A program made the position numbers and the translations under genes. A model generated the notes under the pieces. It was not told the DNA's origin and ran no database searches. It was given only the letters and a program-made list of their open reading frames with translations. Positions 27,572 through 37,170 of a stretch of DNA of 64,000 bases are shown here, one piece after another; the stretch's first letter is position 1; each line of letters starts with the position of its first letter. The DNA comes from Betaproteobacteria bacterium (lineage in GTDB: Bacteria > Pseudomonadota > Gammaproteobacteria > Burkholderiales > Usitatibacteraceae): NCBI GenBank assembly GCA_031414995.1, contig JANOQY010000427.1, positions 1 through 64,000 on the forward strand. The letters run 5' to 3'.

Positions 27572-28381
27572 TCAAAATTCATTTGGAGCAAATCGGCCGA
27601 GACGCCAGGCCTGCATGGATTGCACCAGCTGGGAAACCTGCCGCGTCGCATCGCTGGTTGACGCCACGCTATAAATTGACGACTGCGCCCGGTCGGCGAC
27701 GACGAAAGCGGCATCGCGCGAAACTGAACCGCCGTATTCGATGCTGACGCCAAGAAATCTGCGCGCCGTATCGGCGAGGCGCTTGAATGCATGAATGCCT
27801 TCGCGTTCATCATCGACACGATTGACGACAAGGCGAAATGCGATCTGCGCATGTTCGGTATGTGCATGCTTGATTTCGGCGTAGGTTGCAGTCAGGGCTT
27901 CGCGGTCAGGATTGGTGACGAACACGAGGTCATCCTCGTTTCTCGTCATGGCGGCGATCTCGGCCACATGACCGGCGAGAATGGCGACATCAAAAGGCTC
28001 CTCCAGCCTGCGAAAACCCAGGTACAGCTCCACCGGGTCGCCAGCCATTTCCACGAATTCAGGGATGCCTTTGTGCGCCTTCACAACATAAAGTGAGTCG
28101 GCCGCCCTTACGGCAACTTCTTGAAATTCGCGCTCGCCGGAAAGAAGGTCAGCCAAATCATAGGGTGTCCGCAATCCCAGGGCTGGGGCCACTGCCGATG
28201 CGCCCGCGTCTATGACAACGACACGCTGACCCAGTCTCGCGTAGCCCGCTGCAATATTGGTCACAAGTGAGCGAAAACCCATACCACGTCGCGCCGCAGC
28301 CATTGGCACTACCGCGAGACCGGGGGGCGGCTCGAACATTTCCCGGAGCCCGGCAGCCTGATCTCCAGCGGCTTCAAACAC
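27572..28381 (-). CDS. flhG: FlhG/FleN (MinD/ParA-like) flagellar number regulator homologue with a degenerate Walker A
   Basis: It occupies the flhF-[flhG]-fliA position. An N-terminal DQAAGLREM motif and MinD-like collinearity (RLGQRVVVIDAG) are present. Where KGGxGK[ST] is expected the sequence reads MAAARRGMGFRS. Confidence 0.8.
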   Translation of the reverse strand: MFEAAGDQAAGLREMFEPPPGLAVVPMAAARRGMGFRSLVTNIAAGYARLGQRVVVIDAGASAVAPALGLRTPYDLADLLSGEREFQEVAVRAADSLYVVKAHKGIPEFVEMAGDPVELYLGFRRLEEPFDVAILAGHVAEIAAMTRNEDDLVFVTNPDREALTATYAEIKHAHTEHAQIAFRLVVNRVDDEREGIHAFKRLADTARRFLGVSIEYGGSVSRDAAFVVADRAQSSIYSVASTSDATRQVSQLVQSMQAWRLGRFAPNEF

Positions 28382-29813
28382 GGGATGTGACTTTCATAAC
28401 CGGTTTCCCGGCTTGAGCCGCCGCCGTCAGGATCAGCGGGATTTCAGCGTCTTCCAACGAAAATGTCGATGCGGCACGATGTTTCAACGCGCGATGCACC
28501 AAGTACTGCGGGTTGCCGGGATGTAAATCTTCCGGCACCCGCTGGCCGTTGGTGACAAATTGCAGTTCAAGTCTGTGACGAATCATGCAATCGATCACGA
28601 AACCGTATTTCACCGCTTCGTCGATCTTGCTTACGATCACTTTTGTGGTGCGACGCGGGCCGTGTCCGCCATAAAGGCGAACCACATCATCCAGCGTCTC
28701 GCCTTGCGCGCTGGCATTGAGGAACAATACCCGCTCAATGCTCGGCGAACCCAGCATCAGCATTTGTTCAGTTACCCGCGGATCACGCTGGCCGAGGCCA
28801 ACGGTATCAATCAGCACCAGATGTTTGTCGCGCATCAGTGCGATCAAGTCAGCAAGCGTTTGCGAATCTCGCGCCGTGTGCACGGTAACACCAAGAATTT
28901 TGCCGTAGGCGCGGAGCTGGTCTTCGGCACCGATACGATAACTGTCGATGGTGATGAGTCCAAGACTCTTCGCGCCATACTTGAAAGCACAGCGCGCCGC
29001 GAGCTTGGCGGCGGTCGTCGTTTTACCAACGCCGGTGGGCCCCACCAACGCATAGACGCCACCGCGATCAACCAGATCGCTATCAACGGTCGCTGCGGCA
29101 AGATTGCGGATCAGACTTTCCTGCAGCCACACATCGGCTTGCGCATCGTTGTAATCGGCTGGAAGTTTGTCAGCAAGGGCGCGAGCCAAGGCGGGCGAAA
29201 ACCCGGCAGAGAGCAATTGTGATATCTGTTTTGCCTGCAACGGACGCCGCGACGATGTATTTCGCCAGGACAGCGCGCCCACTTGTTCCTGCAAGATCGA
29301 TTTCATTTGCAGGATTTCGGCCATGATCTGCGGATCCGGGGCAGACGCGGGCCGTGTTTCCTGCACCACTACGACTGGTTTTCGGGATTCCGCCGACGCG
29401 ACAGGAGTAGCGGCTTTTTCAGCACGTGCGATACGATTGTCTTCACTGCGTTTGACGAACTGCGCAAACGATTCGGCAGTCGGCTCATCGCCGGTGTTGA
29501 CGGCGCGTCCTTCCGTCAGTGCGCGCCGTGCGGAGCCAGTTGCCAGGGCCTTGGCTGCTTTGGCTTGTGCCGCCTGCGCAACCCGGGCAAGGGTAGGCAA
29601 TATGGCTAGGTCCTTTGGCGCGGCGTTCGCCAGCTTTGCTGTTCGCGGCGTGCGGTCGATCATGGCAGCGAGATCGCCGTGGGCCGATGCGATCACCTCG
29701 ACGCCTCCATCAACTTCGCGATTGGACAAAATGACCGCCTCGTCACCGAGTTCGGCGCGAATCTGTTTGATCGCTTCGCGCGATGACCCACTGAAAAATC
29801 GTTTCACACTCAT
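28374..29813 (-). CDS. flhF: Flagellar SRP-type GTPase FlhF
   Basis: GPTGVGKTTTAAKLAA (G1), LIDTVGLGQRD (G3), SKIDEA (G4). A basic, Ala-rich N-terminal B domain is present. The start overlaps the flhA stop. Confidence 0.94.
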   Translation of the reverse strand: MSVKRFFSGSSREAIKQIRAELGDEAVILSNREVDGGVEVIASAHGDLAAMIDRTPRTAKLANAAPKDLAILPTLARVAQAAQAKAAKALATGSARRALTEGRAVNTGDEPTAESFAQFVKRSEDNRIARAEKAATPVASAESRKPVVVVQETRPASAPDPQIMAEILQMKSILQEQVGALSWRNTSSRRPLQAKQISQLLSAGFSPALARALADKLPADYNDAQADVWLQESLIRNLAAATVDSDLVDRGGVYALVGPTGVGKTTTAAKLAARCAFKYGAKSLGLITIDSYRIGAEDQLRAYGKILGVTVHTARDSQTLADLIALMRDKHLVLIDTVGLGQRDPRVTEQMLMLGSPSIERVLFLNASAQGETLDDVVRLYGGHGPRRTTKVIVSKIDEAVKYGFVIDCMIRHRLELQFVTNGQRVPEDLHPGNPQYLVHRALKHRAASTFSLEDAEIPLILTAAAQAGKPVMKVTSRV

Positions 29814-31885
29814 GCTTGGGCTCCTACAACGGTGCTAACTCGGATGGCAGAGAAATCGGGGATTTCACCGTGCCCCAATACTTTGAGACGGGGGATGGCA
29901 CGCTTCATCAATCGGGCGACCTGTGTGCGCAGTCGGTCTGGCACCAGCAACACAGCTGGCAGGCCGAGCCCTTCCTGACGCTCAGCTGCTTCAGCAGTGC
30001 GCACGACGATCATGTCGCCGAAGCCAGGTTCGACGGCAAGCGCCTCACTCGCATTGGCGCTCAGCGCCTGACCCAACATGCGTTCGATTTCCGGATCGAG
30101 CGCAATGATGTCGAGTTCATGGGTCTGGCCGTAAATCTTTTGCACAATCGCGCGACCCAGTTTGGCGCGCACGACATTGGTAATATCGGCTGCGCTCTGT
30201 GTCTGTGCGCCAGCTTCAGCGATCGATTCAAGAATGGTGCGCAGGTCGCGGATGTGGACACCTTCTTCAAGCAGGTTCTGCAACACCTTCTGAAAAGTTG
30301 AGACCGAAATCAGTTTTGGCACGATGTCATCGAGCAATTTCGGTGCGTATTTGTTGACGTGGTCCATCAGTGCCTGCGTCTCCTGGCGGCCAAGCAATTG
30401 CGCCGCCTGTGTATGCACCAGATGCGAGAGATGGGTGGCCACCACGGTCGCTGCATCGACCACGGTATAGCCTTGTGTTTGGGCAAATTCGCGCTGGCTA
30501 ATTTCCACCCAGGTCGCAGGCAGTCCAAAGGCGGGATCCCGGGTGGCGGTACCCTCCAAAGGCGCGCTGGCCTCGCCGGGATTGATCGCCATCAGCATGC
30601 CGGAAATCGCTTCACCTTCGCCAACCGTGACCCCTTTCAGTGTGATTCGATAGGCATTGGGCTTGAGTTCAAGGTTGTCGCGAATATGCACGGCCGAAGG
30701 CAGGAAGCCCACGTCTTGCGCAAACTTCCTGCGGATGGCCTTGATGCGCTTGAGCAACTCTCCGTCTTGCCCCGGATCCACCAACGGGATAAGTCTGTAA
30801 CCAACTTCAAGACCGATCATGTCGACCGGCTGCAGATCGTCCCAGGAGGCTTCAGCATTTGTCGGCGGGGCCGGCGTTTCGGTCGGTGCGGCAGTCGTCA
30901 GCTTGCTGCGCTCGGTAAGCCACCAGGCACCGTAACCCATGGCGGCCGCCATGGACAGGAACGCGATGTGCGGCATTCCGGGAATAATGCCGACGAGCAA
31001 AAGTACACCAGCAGTCAAGCCAAGCGCACGCGGCACTGTGAATAGTTGTGCTGCAATCTGCGTGCCAATATCCTGATCATTGCCGACCCGCGCAACGATT
31101 AGCGCTGCAGCAATCGAGATAACCAGCGAAGGAATCTGCGCGACGAGACCGTCACCGATGGCGAGCAGGATATAGTTGTTCGCGGCCTGCCCCAACGACA
31201 AATTATGCTGGGCCACGCCGATAATAAGGCCACCAATGATGTTGATAAACAGGATCATGATGCCGGCGATGGCATCGCCGCGAACGAATTTCGATGCGCC
31301 ATCCATCGACCCGAAGAACTCCGCCTCCTGCGTAATTTCTGCGCGTCGGGTCTTGGCCTCAGCTTGATTAATAATGCCGGCGTTCAAATCTGCGTCAATC
31401 GCCATTTGCTTGCCCGGCATGGCATCGAGCGTAAAGCGGGCCGAGACCTCGGCGATGCGACCAGCGCCTTTGGTGACGACGACAAAATTGATCACCACCA
31501 GGATCGAAAATACGATGATTCCAACCGCGAAATTACCGCCGATCAGGAAATGTGCGAACGCCTCGACCAATTTGCCGGCAGCGTCCCCACCGGTATGCCC
31601 GTTCAGCAATACGACGCGGGTCGAGGCAACGTTTAGCGACAGCCGCAACAACGTAGTCACCAGCAAGACCGTCGGGAACGCGGCGAACTCCAGCGGCTTA
31701 CGGGTGTACACAGCGACCAGCAACACCACCAGCGATAAAGCAATGTTGAACGTGAACAAAATATCCAGCGCAAAAGGCGGCAGTGGCAATACCATCATCC
31801 CCAGAATCATCATGATGAGAATCGGCGCTGCCAGCGCCTTCCATGGCGTGTGGCCAAGATTGAGGCGCTCAAGGACGGCGTTCAT
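29810..31885 (-). CDS. flhA: Flagellar export gate protein FlhA
   Basis: 691 aa. FHIPEP signature GGNFAVGIIVFSILVVINFVVVTKGAGRIAEVSARFTLDAMPGKQMAIDADL, followed by a large cytoplasmic domain. Confidence 0.97.
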   Translation of the reverse strand: MNAVLERLNLGHTPWKALAAPILIMMILGMMVLPLPPFALDILFTFNIALSLVVLLVAVYTRKPLEFAAFPTVLLVTTLLRLSLNVASTRVVLLNGHTGGDAAGKLVEAFAHFLIGGNFAVGIIVFSILVVINFVVVTKGAGRIAEVSARFTLDAMPGKQMAIDADLNAGIINQAEAKTRRAEITQEAEFFGSMDGASKFVRGDAIAGIMILFINIIGGLIIGVAQHNLSLGQAANNYILLAIGDGLVAQIPSLVISIAAALIVARVGNDQDIGTQIAAQLFTVPRALGLTAGVLLLVGIIPGMPHIAFLSMAAAMGYGAWWLTERSKLTTAAPTETPAPPTNAEASWDDLQPVDMIGLEVGYRLIPLVDPGQDGELLKRIKAIRRKFAQDVGFLPSAVHIRDNLELKPNAYRITLKGVTVGEGEAISGMLMAINPGEASAPLEGTATRDPAFGLPATWVEISQREFAQTQGYTVVDAATVVATHLSHLVHTQAAQLLGRQETQALMDHVNKYAPKLLDDIVPKLISVSTFQKVLQNLLEEGVHIRDLRTILESIAEAGAQTQSAADITNVVRAKLGRAIVQKIYGQTHELDIIALDPEIERMLGQALSANASEALAVEPGFGDMIVVRTAEAAERQEGLGLPAVLLVPDRLRTQVARLMKRAIPRLKVLGHGEIPDFSAIRVSTVVGAQA

Positions 31886-33024
31886 GGGGAAGTCTCGTGT
31901 GGATCAAGGCCCTTCGGGACATCAATCTGTTCCGGCTCCGGCAACGTCATCCCCGGTACCAGGCGTTTCAATTGATAGACATACGCCAGAACTTGGGCGA
32001 CGGCGTTATATAGCGCCACTGGCACTTCCCCACCAATCTCAGCATGCCGATGCAGTGCGCGGGCCAGTGCAGGTTGTTCCATCACAGGCACATTGTGTTG
32101 GGCGGCGATTTCGCGAATGCGCATCGCGACCAGATCAGCGCCCTTGGCGACGACGGTTGGCGCACGCATCTTGCCGTCCTGATAGGCGAGCGCAACGGCA
32201 AAGTGAGTCGGATTCGTAACGATCACATCTGCCGTCGGAATCGCCTCCATCATTCGCCGCTTCGCAATATCGCGTTGCTGCGCACGAATTTTGGCTTTGA
32301 TTTGGGGATTGCCGTCGCTTTCCTTCGATTCGCGCTTCACTTCCTCGAAGGTCATCTTGAGCGAAGAATGGTGACGCCATAACTGCGCAGGCACATCAAT
32401 CATGGCTGCCAACGCGATAACACCGACCAATGCAGCGAGCGTCATCAACAGCATTGAGCCAGTTTTGGACATGGCCATGGTGAGAGGGATGGTCGCGAGT
32501 TGAGCAAATTCTTCGCGGCCATTCATCAGCGTGGTTGTAGCGACTGTCGCCAACGTCAGGGCGATCAGGCTGCCCTTGCCCATTTCGATCAGTCCATGCT
32601 TATCGAACATTCGGCTAATGCCGGTAATCGGGTTTAGCTTGCCGAAGTTAGGCATCACCGGCGTCCAAGTGAAATTCCAGCCGCTCAGCGCCAGTGGCGC
32701 GGCAACCGCCGCCAGCAACAGCAGACCAAGGATGGGAATGGCAGCAATCACTCCTGCACTCGTAAATGCCATCAGGCGCAAACCCATGGCACCATCGCCA
32801 ACGATTGCGGCACGGTCCACACGCAAACCATGTGACATTATTTCGAGGGCGTCCTGAAACAGCATCGGACCCAACGCCATCAAACCGCACAACGCGGCGC
32901 CCAAGACCAGGAAACTGGCGAGCTCTTTGGAGCGCGCGACGCGACCCTGTTCGCGGGCATCCTTTACCCGTTTTTCCGAGGCGGGCAGAGTGCGGTCTTC
33001 GGAGCTGCTTTCTTGTTCAGACAT
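31882..33024 (-). CDS. flhB: Flagellar export switch protein FlhB
   Basis: SEKRVKDAREQGRVARSKEL, four TM segments, and the NPTH autocleavage site (VIVTNPTHFAVAL). Confidence 0.96.
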   Translation of the reverse strand: MSEQESSSEDRTLPASEKRVKDAREQGRVARSKELASFLVLGAALCGLMALGPMLFQDALEIMSHGLRVDRAAIVGDGAMGLRLMAFTSAGVIAAIPILGLLLLAAVAAPLALSGWNFTWTPVMPNFGKLNPITGISRMFDKHGLIEMGKGSLIALTLATVATTTLMNGREEFAQLATIPLTMAMSKTGSMLLMTLAALVGVIALAAMIDVPAQLWRHHSSLKMTFEEVKRESKESDGNPQIKAKIRAQQRDIAKRRMMEAIPTADVIVTNPTHFAVALAYQDGKMRAPTVVAKGADLVAMRIREIAAQHNVPVMEQPALARALHRHAEIGGEVPVALYNAVAQVLAYVYQLKRLVPGMTLPEPEQIDVPKGLDPHETSP

Positions 33025-33129
33025 GGCTAGACATGAGGTTTCCTATGTCAGCCATTATTCCGGGGTGGTCCCTTTTCTAAGGGGTGAATATCGGGGGAAT
33101 TCGCCCCCATTTGCGCGCTTCGTGATCGC

Positions 33130-33816
33130 TCAAAACCCGAGTCTTTCCAGCAACTCGTCTACCTGCGACTGGTTTGTCACAATGTCGTCGCGACCGTCGC
33201 CATGAACGACTGGGCCACTCATGAAACCGGAATCACTTGTCAGGATTTTGGCGCGGTGCTGAAGTGGCGTAGCTTCCAGAAGCACTGCGAGCAGTTGGTC
33301 TTCGAGTGTCTGGGCAAGATCGATAACCTTGCGAATTACCTGTCCGGTCAAGTCGTGAAAGTCCTGTGCCAGCATGATATCGGTAAGGTAGTGCCTGGTC
33401 AGGTCTGTGGACATTGACAAGCTGGCGAGAAACTCGCTGGTATCGGCGACCAGCAACTCATCTGCCGGACCGGTCAGAGACTGAGCGGTCTTACCCTTCC
33501 AGCTCATCAGGAGTGCCTTTGCTCCTTGCGCCATTTCCTCCTGAGTTGCCTGGGCAAACTCAACCGTATTCAATACTTTGTTCGCTGACTCACCTGTCAA
33601 CTTGGCGATATAGGACAGTCGGCTGCGTGCATCCGGCAGAGAATCCAACGCGCTCTCAAGCGCTTTGTCATAGCCGAGTTCGCGAAGTGCATCGTGAAGA
33701 CGTCTGGTGATCGTGCCGATTCGCTGAAAAACATCGCAGGTTGCGGAATCCGTATTGGCGACAACGGCGGCAGGTGCTTCAGCTCTGGCACCAACAAGCG
33801 TAACGGTTGCATTCAT
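33130..33816 (-). CDS. cheZ: CheY-P phosphatase CheZ
   Basis: Active-site region IMLAQDFHDLTGQVIRKV (DxxxQ) and a C-terminal CheY-binding tail DELLERLGF. ATG 33816 lies 7 nt after the cheY stop; the ORF-track start at 33909 overlaps cheY. Confidence 0.93.
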   Translation of the reverse strand: MNATVTLVGARAEAPAAVVANTDSATCDVFQRIGTITRRLHDALRELGYDKALESALDSLPDARSRLSYIAKLTGESANKVLNTVEFAQATQEEMAQGAKALLMSWKGKTAQSLTGPADELLVADTSEFLASLSMSTDLTRHYLTDIMLAQDFHDLTGQVIRKVIDLAQTLEDQLLAVLLEATPLQHRAKILTSDSGFMSGPVVHGDGRDDIVTNQSQVDELLERLGF

Positions 33817-33823
33817 TGTCGTC

Positions 33824-34216
33824 TCACCTGGCCAATTTCTGTACGATTTTGAGCACCTTTTCTTCGAGCGTTGCCTTGGTGAATGGCTTGACGATATAAC
33901 CATTGGCACCCGCTTGCGCGGCGGTCACGATATCCTCTTTTTTAGCCTCGGCTGTCACCATCAATACCGGCAGACCTTTGAGTTGTTGGTCGGCACGGAT
34001 TTCGGTTAATAATTCGAAACCGTTCATATTGGGCATGTTGATATCGGACACAACGAAATCAAATTTGCCGCCGCGTAATTTCACTAACGCTGTCACGCCA
34101 TCTTCGGCCTCTTCGGCGTTGCTGTATCCGATTTCCTTGAGTAAATTTCTGACAATTCGGCGCATTGTAGAAAAATCATCAACGACTAGAAATTTGAGGT
34201 CTGCTGTGATGCTCAT
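33824..34216 (-). CDS. cheY: Chemotaxis response regulator CheY
   Basis: 130 aa: [46 protein letters not shown]. Confidence 0.97.
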   Translation of the reverse strand: MSITADLKFLVVDDFSTMRRIVRNLLKEIGYSNAEEAEDGVTALVKLRGGKFDFVVSDINMPNMNGFELLTEIRADQQLKGLPVLMVTAEAKKEDIVTAAQAGANGYIVKPFTKATLEEKVLKIVQKLAR

Positions 34217-34261
34217 TTTATCTCCTTGTACTTGCAGACTGTTCGTCGCGTGTCCGATTGG

Positions 34262-34288
34262 TTATCGGCCCGCGGGATGGATTACTTA
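34262..34288 (-). promoter_or_regulatory. Sigma-28-type promoter for cheYZ, overlapping the motB stop codon
   Basis: The minus strand reads TAAG-N15-GCCGATAA, with an exact 8/8 match to the -10 element. It lies in the 65-nt motB-cheY gap. Confidence 0.6.
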
Positions 34289-35268
34289 GCGTTGGCGGCT
34301 GCGTCCAGCACAGCACCCTTGGGCAATGTGGTGGCTGCCTGCGCGTTCGGCTCGACAGCCGGATCTTCTTCGTCGCCAGCTTCAATCTGACCGCCACCAC
34401 GCGTCAAACGTGCCTCAGCGTCCTTGTTCATGACAATGATAGTGATGCGGCGATTTGCTGGATCCATCGGGTCCTGCATATTGAACGGTACCGATGCGGC
34501 CAACCCGACAACGCGATAAATTTTATCTTCACCCATGCCGCCAGCGATCAGCTCCCGACGTGACGCGTTGGCACGGTCGGCGGAGAGTTCCCAGTTTGAG
34601 TAGCCGCGTTGACCATTCTGATAAGCGTACGCGTCGGTATGGCCAGAAAGCGTGACTTTGTTATCGACTTCATTCAAGACGCCACCAATGGCGTGCAATA
34701 GCTCACGCATGTAATCTTTGACTGCGGCGCGCCCAGTATCAAACATCGGTCTGTTTTGTTCGTCGATGATCTGGATTCGCAGTCCGTCCTTGGTCATATC
34801 GAGTCGAATCTGATTGCGGTACGCCTTCAGGCGCGGTCCGTTGTCGAGCACTTTTCCCACATCCATCATCAGTCTCTTCATCCGCTCGGCTTCGATCTTT
34901 TGGTGATCTGCTTTCAGCGCCTGCAAATTGATGGTGCGTTTCTTTGCTTCAATGTCGCCTTTCTTGACCTGTCCATTTGCGCGAGTAAGATCGGTGCCAC
35001 CACCGGCTAGCAAACTTGAGCTATCGCCCGATCCCGAGCCTCCGCCCAACGCAACTTTCATGGGATTGTTGAAATACTCGGCGATGCCATTCAATTCGCC
35101 TTTCGAGGTGGAGCCCAATAACCACATCAGCAAAAAAAACGCCATCATGGCTGTGACAAAGTCAGCATAAGCAATTTTCCATGCGCCGCCACCATGGCCA
35201 CCGTGGCCGCCTTTCTTGATACGGCGGATAACGATAGTCGGCTTTGGTTTGCTCGGGGCTGCGGCCAT
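34282..35268 (-). CDS. motB: Flagellar stator protein MotB
   Basis: WKIAYADFVTAMMAFFLLMWLL (TM segment with the conserved Asp) and an OmpA-like domain (LSGHTD...NWELSADRANASRREL). Confidence 0.95.
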   Translation of the reverse strand: MAAAPSKPKPTIVIRRIKKGGHGGHGGGAWKIAYADFVTAMMAFFLLMWLLGSTSKGELNGIAEYFNNPMKVALGGGSGSGDSSSLLAGGGTDLTRANGQVKKGDIEAKKRTINLQALKADHQKIEAERMKRLMMDVGKVLDNGPRLKAYRNQIRLDMTKDGLRIQIIDEQNRPMFDTGRAAVKDYMRELLHAIGGVLNEVDNKVTLSGHTDAYAYQNGQRGYSNWELSADRANASRRELIAGGMGEDKIYRVVGLAASVPFNMQDPMDPANRRITIIVMNKDAEARLTRGGGQIEAGDEEDPAVEPNAQAATTLPKGAVLDAAANAK

Positions 35269-35293
35269 GCTGATCCTTCAATCCGTCGTTCAG

Positions 35294-36151
35294 TTAGGCG
35301 CGCTTTTGTTTGACATGGGTTTCGAGCTCCCCAAATGTTGGTCGCTCAGTCGAGTAAAGAACTTTGCGACCAAACTCTACAGCCACCTGCGGCGCGTAAC
35401 CTTGCATGCAAGCCAGCAGCGTGACTTTCACACATTGCAATTCCTTGGTTGCCTCTTCGAGCTTTTGCTGAATCAGGCCGGTCAGAGGACCGACAAAACC
35501 GTAAGCCAGCAGTATGCCAACGAACGTGCCGACCAATGCCGCGCCGATTTTTCCACCAAGAATTGCTGGCGGCTCACCTACTGAGCCCATCACGTTGACC
35601 ACGCCCATTACCGCAGCAACAATGCCAAATGCGGGCAGGCCATCGGCCACCTTCTGAATCGCTTGCGCTGGAATATCCCCCTCGATGTGATGTGTTTCGA
35701 TCTCCTGGTCCATGAGCGTTTCGATCTCCAAAGGATTCATGTTTCCCGATACCATTAAGCGCAAGTAATCGGTAATGAATTCGATCAGATGATGATCAGC
35801 GGCAATCTCCGGATAACGGCCAAACACGGGGCTCTGGGCCGGCTCTTCGACATCGCGCTCGATGGCCATCATGCCCTCTTTGCGAACCTTGGTCAGGATG
35901 TCGTAGAGCAGTGCCATCAGCGCCATGTACCGATCACGGTTGAACTTTGAACCCTTTAGCAATTGCGGCAGGGCGCGAAATGTCGACTTGAGGGTCTTGG
36001 TGTTGTTACCAACAACAAATGCGCCAATCGCCCCACCGGCAATAATCAGTAGCTCGAAAGGTTGAAACAGCGCGCCAAGCTTGCCGCCGTGCAGCATGAA
36101 ACCGCCCAGCACGGAACCAACAACCACGATGTAGCCAACAATAACGAGCAT
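35294..36151 (-). CDS. motA: Flagellar stator protein MotA
   Basis: 285 aa, four TM segments, GLPAFGIVAAVMGV and ALVGTFVGILLAYGFVGP. Confidence 0.96.
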   Translation of the reverse strand: MLVIVGYIVVVGSVLGGFMLHGGKLGALFQPFELLIIAGGAIGAFVVGNNTKTLKSTFRALPQLLKGSKFNRDRYMALMALLYDILTKVRKEGMMAIERDVEEPAQSPVFGRYPEIAADHHLIEFITDYLRLMVSGNMNPLEIETLMDQEIETHHIEGDIPAQAIQKVADGLPAFGIVAAVMGVVNVMGSVGEPPAILGGKIGAALVGTFVGILLAYGFVGPLTGLIQQKLEEATKELQCVKVTLLACMQGYAPQVAVEFGRKVLYSTERPTFGELETHVKQKRA

Positions 36152-36217
36152 GAAGCATGTCTCCAGAAAAACGTGGGTCGCAGCCTTCAGAATGGCGCGA
36201 TGCAGTTAGTGGAGATG

Positions 36218-36243
36218 TTGTCGGCGGCTCACGTTAAATCTTA
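36218..36243 (-). promoter_or_regulatory. Candidate sigma-28-type promoter for motAB
   Basis: The minus strand reads TAAGATTT-N10-GCCGACAA, about 70 nt upstream of the motA ATG. The spacer is one nt shorter than consensus. Confidence 0.45.
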
Positions 36244-36323
36244 AGCCACGCTGCGCAATGATTGTGCGCGCTGGCGGTGCTGCTGCACCCACCGTGTCCG
36301 GCAGATGCAGTCATTTCAACGCA

Positions 36324-36854
36324 TCAGTGAATCAGCGCGTTGGCGCGGGTCTTGCCGGCACGAGCTGGCATGTTGCACAAGCCACAAACATAACTGTCGG
36401 TTAGCTCATGGGTGTGGGTTACAAATTTGCCGCCACAACAAGTGCACCGTGTGAGTTGCACCATACCGGCATCAACGAACTTGACCAATCGCCATGCGCG
36501 CGTGATGGTCAATACTGCTTCAAGGCCCAGCGCGTGTGTTTCTTCAACGTAGAGCTCGTAAGCCTTGATGACGGCATCGATCTCGTCAATCTCGCTGGAT
36601 TTGTTGAGGTATTCGTACATATTCAGGAATAACGACGAATGGTTATTGGGCTGCCAAGCCATAAACCAATCAGTGGAAAACGGCAACATGCCTTTTGATG
36701 GCGATTTCCCCTGCACCTCTTTGTAAAGCTTCAGCAGACGCTCGTAGGACAGGCTGGTTTCGCTTTCGAGAACCTGCAGACGCGCACCCAGCTTAATCAG
36801 ATGGACCGCCAGATTAATATCACGACTTTCGCCAACGATGCTTTTGATGCGCAT
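36324..36854 (-). CDS. flhC: Flagellar master regulator subunit FlhC
   Basis: MRIKSIVGESRDINLAVHLIKLGARLQVLE and a zinc-site Cys cluster (CTCCGGKF...CGLC). Length 176 aa. Confidence 0.95.
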   Translation of the reverse strand: MRIKSIVGESRDINLAVHLIKLGARLQVLESETSLSYERLLKLYKEVQGKSPSKGMLPFSTDWFMAWQPNNHSSLFLNMYEYLNKSSEIDEIDAVIKAYELYVEETHALGLEAVLTITRAWRLVKFVDAGMVQLTRCTCCGGKFVTHTHELTDSYVCGLCNMPARAGKTRANALIH

Positions 36855-36855
36855 G

Positions 36856-37170
36856 TTAAATCGCCTCCGCCATTTTTCCAGCCATTAGGATATTGGCATG
36901 CAGACCATTTGCATTGCCCACTTTGCCGTTGGTGGTAAGAAGGTTCCACACTATTTCATCATCGAAACGGAAGCAACACATCAACGTATTGCCGGCGGCA
37001 ATCTTCATGATCTGGCTAGGCGTGAGACTCCCGACGAGATTCGCGATTTCTTCGCTCAATCCCAAACGGTAAAGCGCTTGAGGGCGATCCGCACGGATCA
37101 GGTGTTGCGCGAGCATCAGATAAGCCAGGTTGGCTTCGCGTATCTCTTCCAGCAGTTGCTCTGGTTGCAT
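36856..37170 (-). CDS. flhD: Flagellar master regulator subunit FlhD
   Basis: EEIREANLAYLMLAQHLIRADR...LYRLGLSEE; 104 aa; 1 nt upstream of flhC. Confidence 0.95.
   Translation of the reverse strand: MQPEQLLEEIREANLAYLMLAQHLIRADRPQALYRLGLSEEIANLVGSLTPSQIMKIAAGNTLMCCFRFDDEIVWNLLTTNGKVGNANGLHANILMAGKMAEAI

Noticed and set aside
27553-27867. N-terminal extensions of ORF-track entries. They affect fliA (27867), cheZ (33909), flgE (23193), flgA (24772), fliD (39234), fliS (40746), fliE (43136), fliI (46313), fliJ (47842), fliK (48266), fliL (49811), fliM (50259), ycgR (41712) and the SBP (4899).
   Set aside because: The extensions overlap the upstream gene or lack similarity to the family N-terminus. 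In each case an internal start reproduces the conserved N-terminus, and most have a good SD.
33093-33108. Short hairpin ggggg-aattcg-ccccc between cheZ and flhB, a possible terminator or attenuator separating motAB-cheYZ from flhBA.
   Set aside because: The stem is only 5 bp and there is no U-tract on the minus strand, which is too weak to call.
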